DNA from: an uncultured Candidatus Saccharibacteria bacterium
Lineage (GTDB): Bacteria > Patescibacteriota > Minisyncoccia > Phycocordibacterales > JACOZG01
Assembly (NCBI GenBank): GCA_964361825.1
Contig: CAYICB010000001.1
Coordinates: 30,644 to 94,643 of the forward strand
Direction of reading: 5' to 3'
Length of the DNA: 64,000 nt
Numbering within the stretch: the stretch's first letter is position 1; the number at the start of each line of letters is the position of its first letter. Positions 1-9,465 of this stretch are shown piece after piece. The notes beneath the pieces are model-generated. The model was not told the origin of the DNA and did no database searches. It was given only the letters and a program-made list of their open reading frames with translations. The translations under genes and the position numbers were made by a program.

Positions 1-2
1 AT

Positions 3-218
3 CCTGGTTCAATTAAGAATGTTCAGCCAAATAATCCTCTTCGTGTGAACGGCAACTCAATGGTCATCGGACAAGGACAAGAAGCGTTCAAAGCTATGCT
101 CAATACCGCTTTGGAAGAAGAGCTAAACAGTGGCTACATTGATGCTCTTGTTAAGAAATATGAGACGTCAAAGAACTCATTCTATCCAGTTGCAAAGACA
201 TTCTCGTTACCTAACTAA
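3..218 (+). CDS. amino-acid ABC transporter substrate-binding protein, C-terminal fragment (5' end outside window)
   Basis: Frame-3 translation PGSIKNVQPNNPLRVNGNSMVIGQGQEAFKAMLNTALEEELNSGYIDALVKKYE... ends at TAA 216-218. It sits immediately upstream of the permease and ATPase genes. Family assignment rests on context and general resemblance only. Confidence 0.45.
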   Translation, partial: PGSIKNVQPNNPLRVNGNSMVIGQGQEAFKAMLNTALEEELNSGYIDALVKKYETSKNSFYPVAKTFSLPN

Positions 219-223
219 CACCT

Positions 224-895
224 ATGGTAACAGCGGTTTTCACAATTATCAGCCAGTATCGTGAGGGTCTACTTCAAGGTCTTCTTGTTACACTGGCACT
301 TTGTCTAATCGTCTGGGTATGCGGTCTTACAATCGGGACACTATTAGGAAGTCTGTCGGCTCAATATCCTAATGAGGTCGGTAAACCGAGCAAAGCTCTC
401 TCATTCACGCTTTCAGGTATTCCCATTCTTGTTCTGCTCTTTTGGCTTCACTATCCACTGCAAGAAATGTTGGGTGTTGTGATAAATCCCTTTTTTACAG
501 CCGCCTTTGCCTTATCACTCGTAAACATATTTGCAGTAACTGATATTGTAAGGACTGCTCTCGTTGAGTTTCCATCACAATATATTGCTGCAGGAAAAGT
601 TTCGGGTTTGAGCAACCAAGAGATATTCAAGAAAATCCAATTCCCAATTATATTCAGACAGATTATTCCTGCCATACTGACAACTCAAGTTAATATGCTT
701 CAGCTTACACTCTTCGCAAGTCTTATTTCAGTGGAAGAGATTTTCCGAGTTACCCAGCGAATAAATGCGAGCATCTATAAACCAGTAGAAATATATACTG
801 CATTGGCTATCTTTTTCCTAATAATCTGTCTTCCACTCAATGGATTGGCATTATATTTGAAGAGAAAGTATACCCGTAATCTTTCTGAAAAGTAA
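224..895 (+). CDS. amino-acid ABC transporter permease (His/Glu/Gln/Arg/opine type)
   Basis: 223 aa polytopic membrane protein. The motif FAAFALSLVNIFAVTDIVRTALVEFPSQYIAAGKVSGLS is typical of polar amino-acid permease EAA loops. It is followed 2 bp later by an ABC ATPase. Confidence 0.8.
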   Translation: MVTAVFTIISQYREGLLQGLLVTLALCLIVWVCGLTIGTLLGSLSAQYPNEVGKPSKALSFTLSGIPILVLLFWLHYPLQEMLGVVINPFFTAAFALSLVNIFAVTDIVRTALVEFPSQYIAAGKVSGLSNQEIFKKIQFPIIFRQIIPAILTTQVNMLQLTLFASLISVEEIFRVTQRINASIYKPVEIYTALAIFFLIICLPLNGLALYLKRKYTRNLSEK

Positions 896-896
896 C

Positions 897-1622
897 ATGT
901 TACAAGCTACAAATATAACTAAGAGGTTTGGCGACAAGATTGCATTGGATAATATCAATCTTGATATTAAGCCTGGAACGATTACGTCTATCATTGGGCC
1001 TAGTGGAAGTGGCAAGACTACGCTCCTACGAACGCTTGGGATGCTAGAATTGGCTGATACAGGCACAATAGCCCTGGATAAAGAGCTATACCAGTTTCCA
1101 TTAGCTACTGTTGAGGGCCGAGCCCCTTGGCCAAAATTGACCATTGTCTTTCAGCAGTTGTTTATCTGGCCTCATCTAACACTGCGTGGAAATATCCTGC
1201 TTCCTCTTGGTGGGAATATGTCAGCGGACCAACAGAAACAATTTAATGAATTAGTGGAGTTGTTCAGCATGGAAGAATTTATTGATAGGTATCCCAACGA
1301 AGTCTCTTTAGGCCAGAGACAAAGGACAGCTATCATTCGGGCACTCATGCTTAATCCTGAATATCTTTTTCTGGATGAGGTAACATCTTCACTAGACGTT
1401 GAACAGACTTCAATTATCCTTTCTCATTTAGGGGACATTAAGAAAAGAGGGGTTGCAGTGGTTGTGGTAACTCACCTTTTAAACTTTGCGAAATCAGTGA
1501 GCGACCAAGTGATATTTCTTGAGCATGGCAAGATTGTCGTATCTGGGGATAGAACAATACTTGAAAACTCAAGTAACGAGAGATTGAGAGAATTTACAAG
1601 CCTTATTAAACAAGCAAGCTAA
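897..1622 (+). CDS. amino-acid ABC transporter ATP-binding protein
   Basis: Walker A GPSGSGKTTLLR, ABC signature LSLGQRQRTAIIRAL and Walker B LFLDEVTSSLD are all present. Confidence 0.9.
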   Translation: MLQATNITKRFGDKIALDNINLDIKPGTITSIIGPSGSGKTTLLRTLGMLELADTGTIALDKELYQFPLATVEGRAPWPKLTIVFQQLFIWPHLTLRGNILLPLGGNMSADQQKQFNELVELFSMEEFIDRYPNEVSLGQRQRTAIIRALMLNPEYLFLDEVTSSLDVEQTSIILSHLGDIKKRGVAVVVVTHLLNFAKSVSDQVIFLEHGKIVVSGDRTILENSSNERLREFTSLIKQAS

Positions 1623-1623
1623 T

Positions 1624-2430
1624 ATGACAGACAATGATTTAGAAAAGAATAGTGCATACGATGCTCGATTTTCAGAAGCTCTAGGTGGAAGCGAGTATGA
1701 AGACCTGCTCATTGCCATAGAGTACTACAATGAATTTCAGGCAGAGACAGGAAAGGCCCTACAAAAGTATATCGCTGAACACTGTCAGGACCAGGACAAC
1801 ATTAAAGTATTGGAAGCTGGACCTGGCACGGGCATAACCACTCTTGAGCTGTTAAAGGCTGACCCTCGTGTCAAAGTTACCTCGGTAGATAATGAGCCTA
1901 AGATGCTTGATGCAGTAAAAGCCAGATTCGCAAAGATGGAAAGCTTACCTGAACGAGTAGAGTTTGTTTTAGCTGATATTCTTGGATACCTTGAAGCTCA
2001 AGAGGATGGTACTTTTGATGCTTTTGCCTCTGTTTATACACTGCACAACTTTACACCCGCATTCAGAAGGCAGGTTATAGAGTTGATTGCCAAGAAGCTA
2101 AAGCAAGGAGGTGTTTTCATAAATGGCGATAAATATGCAGAAGAAGGTGAGCTACATCAGAAAGACTATGCTTCTGAAATAGCGAACTATGGAAAGTTTG
2201 ACATAGCGGCAGATAAAGCCGAAAGAGCAGGAGATACGGCACGAGCGGCACATTTGAGAAAGATAAAGGAAGAATGGATTGCTCATTGTGCTGAAGATGA
2301 GAAAAATAAGATAACCGTTGAGGAACAAAACAAGATGTTTGAAGAATTGGGTCTTGGAGATGTTGAGTGGGGTAAACGATTTGATTTGGTTACAACTGTA
2401 AAGGCGATAAAGAAAGGAAAGACGGAATAA
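1624..2430 (+). CDS. class I SAM-dependent methyltransferase
   Basis: Motif I LEAGPGTGITTLEL and an acidic post-I residue (VTSVDNEP) are present. Length 268 aa. Confidence 0.65.
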   Translation: MTDNDLEKNSAYDARFSEALGGSEYEDLLIAIEYYNEFQAETGKALQKYIAEHCQDQDNIKVLEAGPGTGITTLELLKADPRVKVTSVDNEPKMLDAVKARFAKMESLPERVEFVLADILGYLEAQEDGTFDAFASVYTLHNFTPAFRRQVIELIAKKLKQGGVFINGDKYAEEGELHQKDYASEIANYGKFDIAADKAERAGDTARAAHLRKIKEEWIAHCAEDEKNKITVEEQNKMFEELGLGDVEWGKRFDLVTTVKAIKKGKTE

Positions 2431-2514
2431 GCCCAGAAAGCTGAAGTTCCTGCTTAATTCCCTTCCAATTAACAGTTCTGAACGCATCCAACCACTCCCG
2501 TCAAACATAAAGCT

Positions 2515-3015
2515 GTGAAAAAAATATCTTTACCTCACCCCGAGCTTGTTCAAGCCCTTCTCAAACAAATAAAAATTACAGCAAGGGTCAATCACTCATT
2601 AGACAAAAACACCGGTATTTCTTATGAAATATATAGTTACAGTGGGCCGAATGATCCAGTAGCTTTTTATAACGAAAGTGGCAATATTTATGTTACAGAA
2701 ACGTTGCATCGCACTTTTCCACAGTATGCTGATTTAGTTGCCTATCACGAAACCGAGGAAATTAAATTTAAACGAGGCGGAAATGCACACGGTGAGGCAC
2801 ACGTTAAAGCTTGGCTATCAGAGTTAAGCTTGGTAAACAAAATTTATAGCACTGAAACAGAATTAAAAAATTATATTGATTGGAGAATTTCGATCTATTC
2901 TCAAGGTAAAATCCCGCACAAAGAAGTAGTGGCCAAACAACTCATGGTCTTATTATTAAAAAACCCACATCCTTCATTGGAAATATCCGAATTTATTAAA
3001 AATAACGGTTTATGA
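2515..3015 (+). CDS. hypothetical protein
   Basis: 166-aa ORF with a GTG start and no motif I can recognise. It overlaps the next ORF by 4 bp. Confidence 0.4.
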   Translation: MKKISLPHPELVQALLKQIKITARVNHSLDKNTGISYEIYSYSGPNDPVAFYNESGNIYVTETLHRTFPQYADLVAYHETEEIKFKRGGNAHGEAHVKAWLSELSLVNKIYSTETELKNYIDWRISIYSQGKIPHKEVVAKQLMVLLLKNPHPSLEISEFIKNNGL

Positions 3016-3323
3016 AACCTCAATCAAAAAAACTTTATCAATTTAAGTCAAAAGTTTGGCTCTATCCGGGGATGGATGCTTGGCACTTTCTCACTTTGCC
3101 CCAGAAGGAGTCGGCCGAGATTAAGAAAAATTTTTCTCAAGTGAAGCGTGGTTTTGGTTCACTCAAAGTGGAAGCAAAGATTGGTAAAACCGCTTGGCTT
3201 ACTTCTATTTTTCCCGACTCCCGAGCCGGGGCCTATCTTCTCCCGCTCAAAGCGAGCGTTCGCAAAAAAGAACACCTACTGGCCGATGACACAGTGAGAT
3301 TTACAATCAAAATCAAGGGTTAG
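3012..3323 (+). CDS. DUF1905 (YdeI-like) domain protein
   Basis: The region KVWLYPGMDAWHFLTLPQ...GSLKVEAKIGKTAWLTSIFPDSRAGAYLLPLKASVRK matches the DUF1905 pattern. Confidence 0.55.
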   Translation: MKPQSKKLYQFKSKVWLYPGMDAWHFLTLPQKESAEIKKNFSQVKRGFGSLKVEAKIGKTAWLTSIFPDSRAGAYLLPLKASVRKKEHLLADDTVRFTIKIKG

Positions 3324-4323
3324 GCGCAACACTTGCTGAATCCAACACCTGCTCAAGGCCCACAAAGGTGGTAGGAGAATTAATTTCTAAAGACGAATTG
3401 TAGCCAGCGAGCGACCAATCAAGCGCGTAATTGCCCTTATATTTGAAACCAGAGTTTGAATTGGTTTTATTAATCGGCCCCGAGAGCGTGAGGCGATAAA
3501 TGAGGTGATCATTGCGGCCAATCCAAATTTCCCCTTGAGGCAACTGGAGATTGTCGAGGACGGTCTCCAACTCCCCTGTTTCCAGTGGCGTATTGGCAGA
3601 AACTAATTTAAGCGCTTCAATCACCAAACCCTTAAGCGCCGCTCGACTAGGCACAAAACTATAGTGATAAGTTGGCACGCCCTCGAGAGTCTCGAGAGGC
3701 AAGCGCGCCGTGATCTCAATTAAGCCTGATTGAGTAAAAAGTTTCTTCAGGTCCACTTGATCAGAGAGTTTGATCCATTGTTCTTTCCAAGGTTCGAGGT
3801 CAAACAAGGTAATGGCTGGGACCTCACGCAAACGAAGATAGAGATCGGCATCAACCAAACGCAAATCCGCTTGCAATCTAAGACGACTGGGCACAATAGG
3901 ATTGGCGGGCAGGCCATAAGCCGAGAGTGACCAACTTTGCGCCAAGCGATGCGCCGGCGCATAAACACTGTCGCCGCCCACCTCAAGATTAAAAACCAGA
4001 GAATCAGAGGCCGAGGGCGACTTGGGCGAATCGCTGGCCCCGCCCTCGAGCAAAAGCTTTTCTCGCGAGAGCGCCAAACGCAAGTGGCCAGTAGAATGCG
4101 CCGAACTCACCGCGCCTTGAGCCGTGAGCATTTTGGCCAAGATCAACTCTGGTGGCTGCAGTCGCGGCCAAAAATAAAAGTAACCGCTCGCGCCAAGCGC
4201 CGCCAAAACGAGGAGAAAAAAACCAATGAGCAAAAGCTTGGGCGCTTGGCGCGGCTCTTGCTCGGGCAAAGCCGACATAATCTTAACCGGATCAAAATCA
4301 AACTTAGGCATTGGGTCTACCAT
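3313..4323 (-). CDS. hypothetical N-terminally membrane-anchored protein
   Basis: Start chosen at the internal Met (MVDPMPKF...) because the longer ORF overlaps the divergent gene. A TM segment PKLLLIGFFLLVLAALGASGYFYFW follows, then a Pro/Ala/Ser-rich linker. Confidence 0.45.
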   Translation of the reverse strand: MVDPMPKFDFDPVKIMSALPEQEPRQAPKLLLIGFFLLVLAALGASGYFYFWPRLQPPELILAKMLTAQGAVSSAHSTGHLRLALSREKLLLEGGASDSPKSPSASDSLVFNLEVGGDSVYAPAHRLAQSWSLSAYGLPANPIVPSRLRLQADLRLVDADLYLRLREVPAITLFDLEPWKEQWIKLSDQVDLKKLFTQSGLIEITARLPLETLEGVPTYHYSFVPSRAALKGLVIEALKLVSANTPLETGELETVLDNLQLPQGEIWIGRNDHLIYRLTLSGPINKTNSNSGFKYKGNYALDWSLAGYNSSLEINSPTTFVGLEQVLDSASVAPNP

Positions 4324-4338
4324 TATTATTATTGTATA

Positions 4339-4818
4339 ATGTTCGTCATCACCATGCCAATCAAAACCGTGATTATTGAGTGGGAAGATGTTGAGGAGCG
4401 CCCGGCGAAGCATCCCCATTTAATTTTGGGTATCGGACTCTTCGGCTTAATCCTAGTCATCGTGGCTTTAGTTTTAAAAAATTTCCTCTTTGCTCTTATT
4501 GTGGCGGTGGCCGCCGGTGTGATTATGTTTTCGGCTCGTCAAACCAAACCGCGCTCGCGTTACGCTCTCACCAAAGAGGGTATCATTTTTGATGACGAAT
4601 TTTTCCCTTATGACAATCTTCACTCCTTCTCGCTCAAAGAACACGATAGCGGTTGGCGACTCAAAGTAAGAACTGGCCGAACCTTCTTACCCTTCCTCCT
4701 CCTGCCCTTGGGTCATGAGGAGTTCGCGAGCGAAGTGCGAACGATTCTTCTTGATTTTCTCGAAGAAGGCAGGCATGATGAAACGCTAGCCGAGCTGGTT
4801 AGCGACTTGCTTGAGTAA
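4339..4818 (+). CDS. hypothetical small membrane protein
   Basis: Two TM helices (LILGIGLFGLILVIVALVL and FLFALIVAVAAGVIMF). The upstream part of the listed ORF overlaps the opposite-strand gene, so the start was placed at MFVITMPIK. Confidence 0.4.
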   Translation: MFVITMPIKTVIIEWEDVEERPAKHPHLILGIGLFGLILVIVALVLKNFLFALIVAVAAGVIMFSARQTKPRSRYALTKEGIIFDDEFFPYDNLHSFSLKEHDSGWRLKVRTGRTFLPFLLLPLGHEEFASEVRTILLDFLEEGRHDETLAELVSDLLE

Positions 4819-4825
4819 CCCCCAA

Positions 4826-4897
4826 GCTCCCGTAGTTCAACGGATAGAACGCAAGATTGCGGATCTTGTAATCGAGGTTCGATTCCTCGCGGGAGCA
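4826..4897 (+). tRNA. tRNA-Arg (anticodon GCG)
   Basis: Hand-folded cloverleaf. Acceptor GCTCCCG/CGGGAGC, D-arm GTTC..GAAC, anticodon stem CAAGA/TCTTG with loop TTGCGGA, and T-arm CGAGG-TTCGATT-CCTCG. No encoded CCA. Confidence 0.75.
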
Positions 4898-4901
4898 TCT
4901 A

Positions 4902-6137
4902 GTGAACAAAAGGCTTTTTCTTTGGGCTTTATACGACTTCGCGAATTCTCTCGTTTTGATGGCTTTTCTGTTCTACTTTTCTCAGTGGCTCGTGATCGAT
5001 CAAGGTAAGCCGGCCTGGTGGTACAATGCCGCGCTAATTATTTCTTCTCTGCTCTTTATTCTCAGCGCTCCTACTATTAGCCAAAAAATCGACGCCACAA
5101 AAGTAAAAATTACCGGTCTGCGCTTTTGGACTCTGCTTACTTTTGTTGGGTATCTAATCGTCGCCCTCCTTACCATTCTCACCAGCGATCAAGAAATTCT
5201 CGCCACCGTTCTTTATACGCTGGCGACTTATGCTTACCTAATTTGCTTTCTCTACTTCACGCCGATGCTCAATGATCTATCAAACGAGAAAGATCGGTCC
5301 TGGAAATCGGGTGTCGGTCAAGGCGCTAATTCTGTTGGCCAAGTGGTTGGCGTAATCATCACCCTCCCCTTTGTTAATGGCTTAACCTTATTGGGTCAAC
5401 CCGGACGGGCTCAAGCCTTGTTGCCAGCCACGATTCTCTTTGGCTTATTGGCTTTACCCATGCTCTTGTTTTATAAAGAAATTAAGGAAACCAACACCCG
5501 TGAGACATTGGGTCAACCTCGAGCCAATTTTTTCAGTCTGTTTAAAGAAGTTTTCCGCTACAAACCCCTAGCCCTGCTACTCCTGGCCTACTTTTTGTTT
5601 AGCGACGCCATGCTTACCTTCGCCAATAATTTTCCGCTTTACTTGGAAACGGTCCACCACGCAAGCGATACCACCAAATCCCTACTCACTGCCAGCATTC
5701 TCATTCTCGCGGCTATCGGTGCCATCCTTTTTGGTAAAATCGCCGACAAAAAAGGTAATTTAAAAATCTTAAAAATTATTCTGGTGCTTTGGTGTTTCAT
5801 TTTCTTGGCTATGGCCTTAGTCACCAGCTTTACTGTTCTCATTCCCATTTTCTTATTTGCTGGAATTTTATTCGGACCGGTTTGGGCCATCAGTCGCGCC
5901 TTGGTTGGCAATTTAGCACCGCCCCATCTCGCCGCCTCTTCCTACAGCTATTATGTCGTAGCAGAAAGGTTCGCCACTCTTATTGGACCTGCCGTGTGGA
6001 GTCTCGCTCTCATTACCGTGGGTGAGGGGGCACGCGGTTACCAAACTGGCTTAATTTCTCTGGGCGTACTTATAGTAGCCAGTTTGTTCGTTCTAAATAA
6101 AATTAAACCGACTTCTTCAGAAGCATCGCAAGTTTAG
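4902..6137 (+). CDS. MFS transporter, UMF1 family
   Basis: The N-terminal WALYDFANS motif is diagnostic of UMF1. About 12 TM helices. GTG start 4 nt after the tRNA. Confidence 0.7.
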   Translation: MNKRLFLWALYDFANSLVLMAFLFYFSQWLVIDQGKPAWWYNAALIISSLLFILSAPTISQKIDATKVKITGLRFWTLLTFVGYLIVALLTILTSDQEILATVLYTLATYAYLICFLYFTPMLNDLSNEKDRSWKSGVGQGANSVGQVVGVIITLPFVNGLTLLGQPGRAQALLPATILFGLLALPMLLFYKEIKETNTRETLGQPRANFFSLFKEVFRYKPLALLLLAYFLFSDAMLTFANNFPLYLETVHHASDTTKSLLTASILILAAIGAILFGKIADKKGNLKILKIILVLWCFIFLAMALVTSFTVLIPIFLFAGILFGPVWAISRALVGNLAPPHLAASSYSYYVVAERFATLIGPAVWSLALITVGEGARGYQTGLISLGVLIVASLFVLNKIKPTSSEASQV

Positions 6138-6345
6138 ACTTTTTGCGAGCGGCGGTGGCGGCCTTGATGACGCCGCGCTTCATGGCCTTATCGATGGCTT
6201 GGTAAGCGGTAGGTAAGAGCTTGGCCGAAGGCGCTTTCACAAATTCTTTGATCGCTTCCTTCATCGCCTTATCGCGGCGCAAGTTAAACACGCGCTTATT
6301 AGCACTAGCGCGGAGAGCCTTCTTGGCTGATTTCGTAATTGGCAT
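6103..6345 (-). CDS. rpsT: 30S ribosomal protein S20
   Basis: MPITKSAKKALRASANKRVFNLRRDKAMKEAIKEF... is a classic S20. Start set at the internal Met of the listed ORF. Confidence 0.85.
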   Translation of the reverse strand: MPITKSAKKALRASANKRVFNLRRDKAMKEAIKEFVKAPSAKLLPTAYQAIDKAMKRGVIKAATAARKKSKLAMLLKKSV

Positions 6346-6403
6346 AGGTGGCAAAAGGTTAACACCGGTGTGCCAAAAAGGCAAGGTCTGTTACACTGGC
6401 CTT

Positions 6404-6976
6404 ATGATCGGTCTCATTAAGGGCAAGGTGGTGGAGAAAACTGAGCGGGCTTTGCTTGTCGATACCGGCGGGCTGGGCTATGAAGTAAATGTTCTACCGG
6501 CGACAAGAAATGGGGCGAAAATTGGCGAGACGGCACAATTCTTTACCTATTTGGCCGTGCGCGAGGATGCGCTGGAGCTCTATGGTTTCGCCGAGAAAAA
6601 GGAGTTGGAATTTTTTAAATTACTGATCTCGATCTCCGGCATTGGGCCGAAGGGCGCGATTGCGGTCTTGGCGATCGCACCCCCAGAAACGCTCGAGAAG
6701 GCTGTGCGCTCGGGCGATACCAATTACCTCACCCGCGTCTCGGGCATAGGGAAGAAGCGCGCGGAGAAAATTGTGCTGGAACTCAAAGACAAACTCGGCT
6801 CGCTCGAAACGGGCGATGCCGATCACAGCTTGCAAGGCGAAGCTGACACGCTCGAAGCCCTGCAATCGCTCGGTTACACCCTCCCCGAGGCCCGCGAAGC
6901 GCTCAAGAAAGTCTCCCCCGACCTCACCGACACCAGTGCCAAAGTGAAAGCGGCCCTGAAAGTACTCGGCAAATAA
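6404..6976 (+). CDS. ruvA: Holliday junction branch migration protein RuvA
   Basis: MIGLIKGKVV...GGLGYEVNV...ISGIGPKGAIAVL (HhH) and C-terminal domain III. Start at the internal ATG at 6404. Confidence 0.85.
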   Translation: MIGLIKGKVVEKTERALLVDTGGLGYEVNVLPATRNGAKIGETAQFFTYLAVREDALELYGFAEKKELEFFKLLISISGIGPKGAIAVLAIAPPETLEKAVRSGDTNYLTRVSGIGKKRAEKIVLELKDKLGSLETGDADHSLQGEADTLEALQSLGYTLPEAREALKKVSPDLTDTSAKVKAALKVLGK

Positions 6977-6978
6977 TA

Positions 6979-7005
6979 ACTCACCCTCCTCTTAGGGTAA
7001 GAGGA
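6979..7005 (+). terminator. perfect 11-bp inverted repeat hairpin downstream of ruvA (CCCTCCTCTTA-GGG-TAAGAGGAGGG), no T-run
   Basis: Seen directly. A second hairpin GCTGCCC...GGGCAGC follows at about 7038-7064. Confidence 0.4.
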
Positions 7006-7361
7006 GGGCTAGGGAGGAGTTACGAAACAAAAAGAAGCTGCCCGGGCAAACAATTGGGCAGCTAAACACATTCTTCACCTCTTTCATCCTTTACCTTTCT
7101 TGCCTCTAAATATCGGCGCAACTCTGCAGACTGAAGCCGTGAATTCATTCGTAAAAAACATTGGCAACAAAGGTCGTGGGCCGGATCACTCGGACTCCTC
7201 CAACCACAAAAAGATCTCCGCCCGCGATAATACACCCTAATTACTCTTCCACACTCACAACGCTTCACCTGGATCTCCTTTCCGTTTTTAATTAAACCAT
7301 ATTTTGTTTTACGAAGCAAACCAAACTGGATTATTTGCCAATTCCAGAGTAAGCTGGTGCC

Positions 7362-8630
7362 GTGGAAAAAAAATCGTTATTGGAGAAAATTTTGGACGCG
7401 GGAAGGAGGGTGATACCAAAATCGCTCTTTCGGGCGGCGCAACCGATTTATCATTACAAACTCGCTTTGCTTGGGGCGATGATTTATGGCTGGCCAGCTC
7501 GCAAAATTAAGGTGGTCTTTGTGACCGGGACAAAGGGCAAAACCTCGGTCTGCGAGATGGTCAACGCTGTGCTAGAAGCGGGTGGCCAGCGAACCGCGCT
7601 TGCCTCCACTTTGCGTCTCAAGGTTGGCGAAGTAAGTGAGCCCAATAAATTTAAGATGACAATTCGCGGGCGCTTCTTTGTGCAACGCTTCTTGCGCCGC
7701 GCCGTGGCCGCCAAGTGCGACTGGGCGATTATTGAGATGACGAGCGAAGGCGCCAAGCAATATCGCCACGAGTTTATCTCCCCTACCGCCTTCATCTTCA
7801 CCAACTTAGCGCCCGAGCACCTTGAGTCGCATGGTTCGTATGAGAAATATGTGGCGGCCAAGTTGAGTATTGCCGAAAGTTTGCGCGATGTGATGATTAT
7901 AAATGGTGATGACAAAGAAGCTAGCAAATTTCTTGCGCTTCCGGCCAAGCGTAAATTTACTTATCGTCTCAAAGACGCGGAACCTTATACCGCCACCGAT
8001 CACGGCTTAGAATTTACTTGGCGTGGTTCGACGATGCGCTCACCCCTCGCTGGTGAATTTAATTTGAGCAACTGGCTCGCGGCGCTGACCTTCGGCGAGA
8101 GTCAGAATATTGCAGTGGAGAAAATGAAGGAGGCTGTTGCCAAGCTTGATTTAATTAAGGGCCGAGTGGAGAAAATTAAAGCGAATGGTTTTGATGTCAT
8201 TGTGGATTACGCTCACACGCCCGATTCTCTCCGCGCGGTGTATCAAACCTTCGCGGCTCGCGGCAAAGTCTGCGTCCTCGGTAATACCGGCGGCGGGCGC
8301 GATAAATGGAAGCGGCCTTTGATGGGCCAAATTGCCGCCGAGCATTGCCGCCAAATTATTCTCACCGATGAAGATCCATATGACGAAGATCCAAAAACTA
8401 TTTTGGACGAAATGATTGTAGGAATTAAAACTGATAATTATAAAATTATTCTGGATCGTCGGGTGGCAATCCGCACCGCCATGCAAGAGGCAAAGCCCGG
8501 CGAAGTGGTCATCATTACCGGCAAAGGCACCGACCCCTACATCATGGGCCCGAAAGGACAGAAAACGCCATGGTCAGACGCCGAGGTGGTGCGGGAGGAA
8601 CTAAATCATGCCCGAATTACCGGAAGTTGA
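7362..8630 (+). CDS. Mur ligase family protein (MurE-like UDP-N-acetylmuramoyl-tripeptide synthetase lacking N-terminal domain)
   Basis: P-loop VTGTKGKTSV, the DYAHTPDSL motif typical of MurE, and a C-terminal Mur ligase domain. GTG start; the true start could be further downstream. Confidence 0.7.
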   Translation: MEKKSLLEKILDAGRRVIPKSLFRAAQPIYHYKLALLGAMIYGWPARKIKVVFVTGTKGKTSVCEMVNAVLEAGGQRTALASTLRLKVGEVSEPNKFKMTIRGRFFVQRFLRRAVAAKCDWAIIEMTSEGAKQYRHEFISPTAFIFTNLAPEHLESHGSYEKYVAAKLSIAESLRDVMIINGDDKEASKFLALPAKRKFTYRLKDAEPYTATDHGLEFTWRGSTMRSPLAGEFNLSNWLAALTFGESQNIAVEKMKEAVAKLDLIKGRVEKIKANGFDVIVDYAHTPDSLRAVYQTFAARGKVCVLGNTGGGRDKWKRPLMGQIAAEHCRQIILTDEDPYDEDPKTILDEMIVGIKTDNYKIILDRRVAIRTAMQEAKPGEVVIITGKGTDPYIMGPKGQKTPWSDAEVVREELNHARITGS

Positions 8631-9465
8631 GACGCTAAAGCGCGAGTTGTCGCGCAAGCTTGTTGGAAAGACAATCGCTAAAACGGAAGTGAATTGGGCA
8701 AAGATGGTAGCCCCACTTTCCCCCGCCGAGCTTGGTCGGGAATTGAAGGGTGAGAAAATTGCGGCGATTGAACGGCGGGCCAAAATTTTAATTATTACGC
8801 TAGTTGGTAAAAAGTTAATTCTGATTCACCTCAAGATGACGGGGCAACTGATTTTTCAGGATGTCAGACATCCTCACAAATTAGTTGTTGGAGGCCACCC
8901 GCAAAAAGAGCCATTTACCCACACGCGCCTGATTCTTCATTTCCAAGACGGGAGTAAATTACTCTTCAATGACTTGCGCAAATTTGGCTGGTTCCGGCTT
9001 TCTCACTCGGAACATCTAGCCGAACTAACAAAGAAAATTGGCCCGGAGCCACTCTCAAAGAATTTTACGCTCGACTATTTTCAATCGCTATTCAAAAGAT
9101 TTCCGAAGCGCAAGGTCAAACAACTCTTGCTCGACCAACACCTGATTGCTGGCCTCGGGAATATTTATGTGGACGAAAGTTGCTTCTTGGCCAAAGTTCT
9201 GCCCACCCGTCTCGCCCACTCACTCAAGCCAAGTGAAACTAAAAAACTGCATCAAGAAATTATTTGCGTCCTCAAGTTCTCAATCGCGAGCGGCGGCACT
9301 TCAGCACGCAATTATCGACGGAGCGATGGCTCAAAGGGAAACTTTATTAAACACCTCAAAGTGTATGGCCGCGGTGGCAAACCCTGCTTGCGGTGTAAAG
9401 GAGAGATAAATAAGATAAGATTAAACTGTCGCGGCACGCACTTCTGCGAGCGGTGTCAAAAATAA
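8608..9465 (+). CDS. mutM: formamidopyrimidine-DNA glycosylase (Fpg/MutM)
   Basis: N-terminal MPELPEVE, H2TH region and C-terminal zinc finger CxxC...CxxC. Confidence 0.85.
   Translation: MPELPEVETLKRELSRKLVGKTIAKTEVNWAKMVAPLSPAELGRELKGEKIAAIERRAKILIITLVGKKLILIHLKMTGQLIFQDVRHPHKLVVGGHPQKEPFTHTRLILHFQDGSKLLFNDLRKFGWFRLSHSEHLAELTKKIGPEPLSKNFTLDYFQSLFKRFPKRKVKQLLLDQHLIAGLGNIYVDESCFLAKVLPTRLAHSLKPSETKKLHQEIICVLKFSIASGGTSARNYRRSDGSKGNFIKHLKVYGRGGKPCLRCKGEINKIRLNCRGTHFCERCQK

Noticed and set aside
3937-4338. Long N-terminal extension of ORF 3937..4818
   Set aside because: The Arg-rich extension is antisense to the 3313..4323 gene. The start was moved to the first Met before the TM helices.
6103-6137. 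35-bp convergent overlap between the MFS transporter 3' end and the rpsT 3' end
   Set aside because: It may be genuine, but it could equally be a mis-called MFS stop. It was not pursued.
7062-7319. 85-aa - strand ORF in the ruvA-murE spacer
   Set aside because: It coincides with a polypyrimidine/polypurine tract, which generates Lys/Glu/Arg codons. The Cys pattern is irregular.
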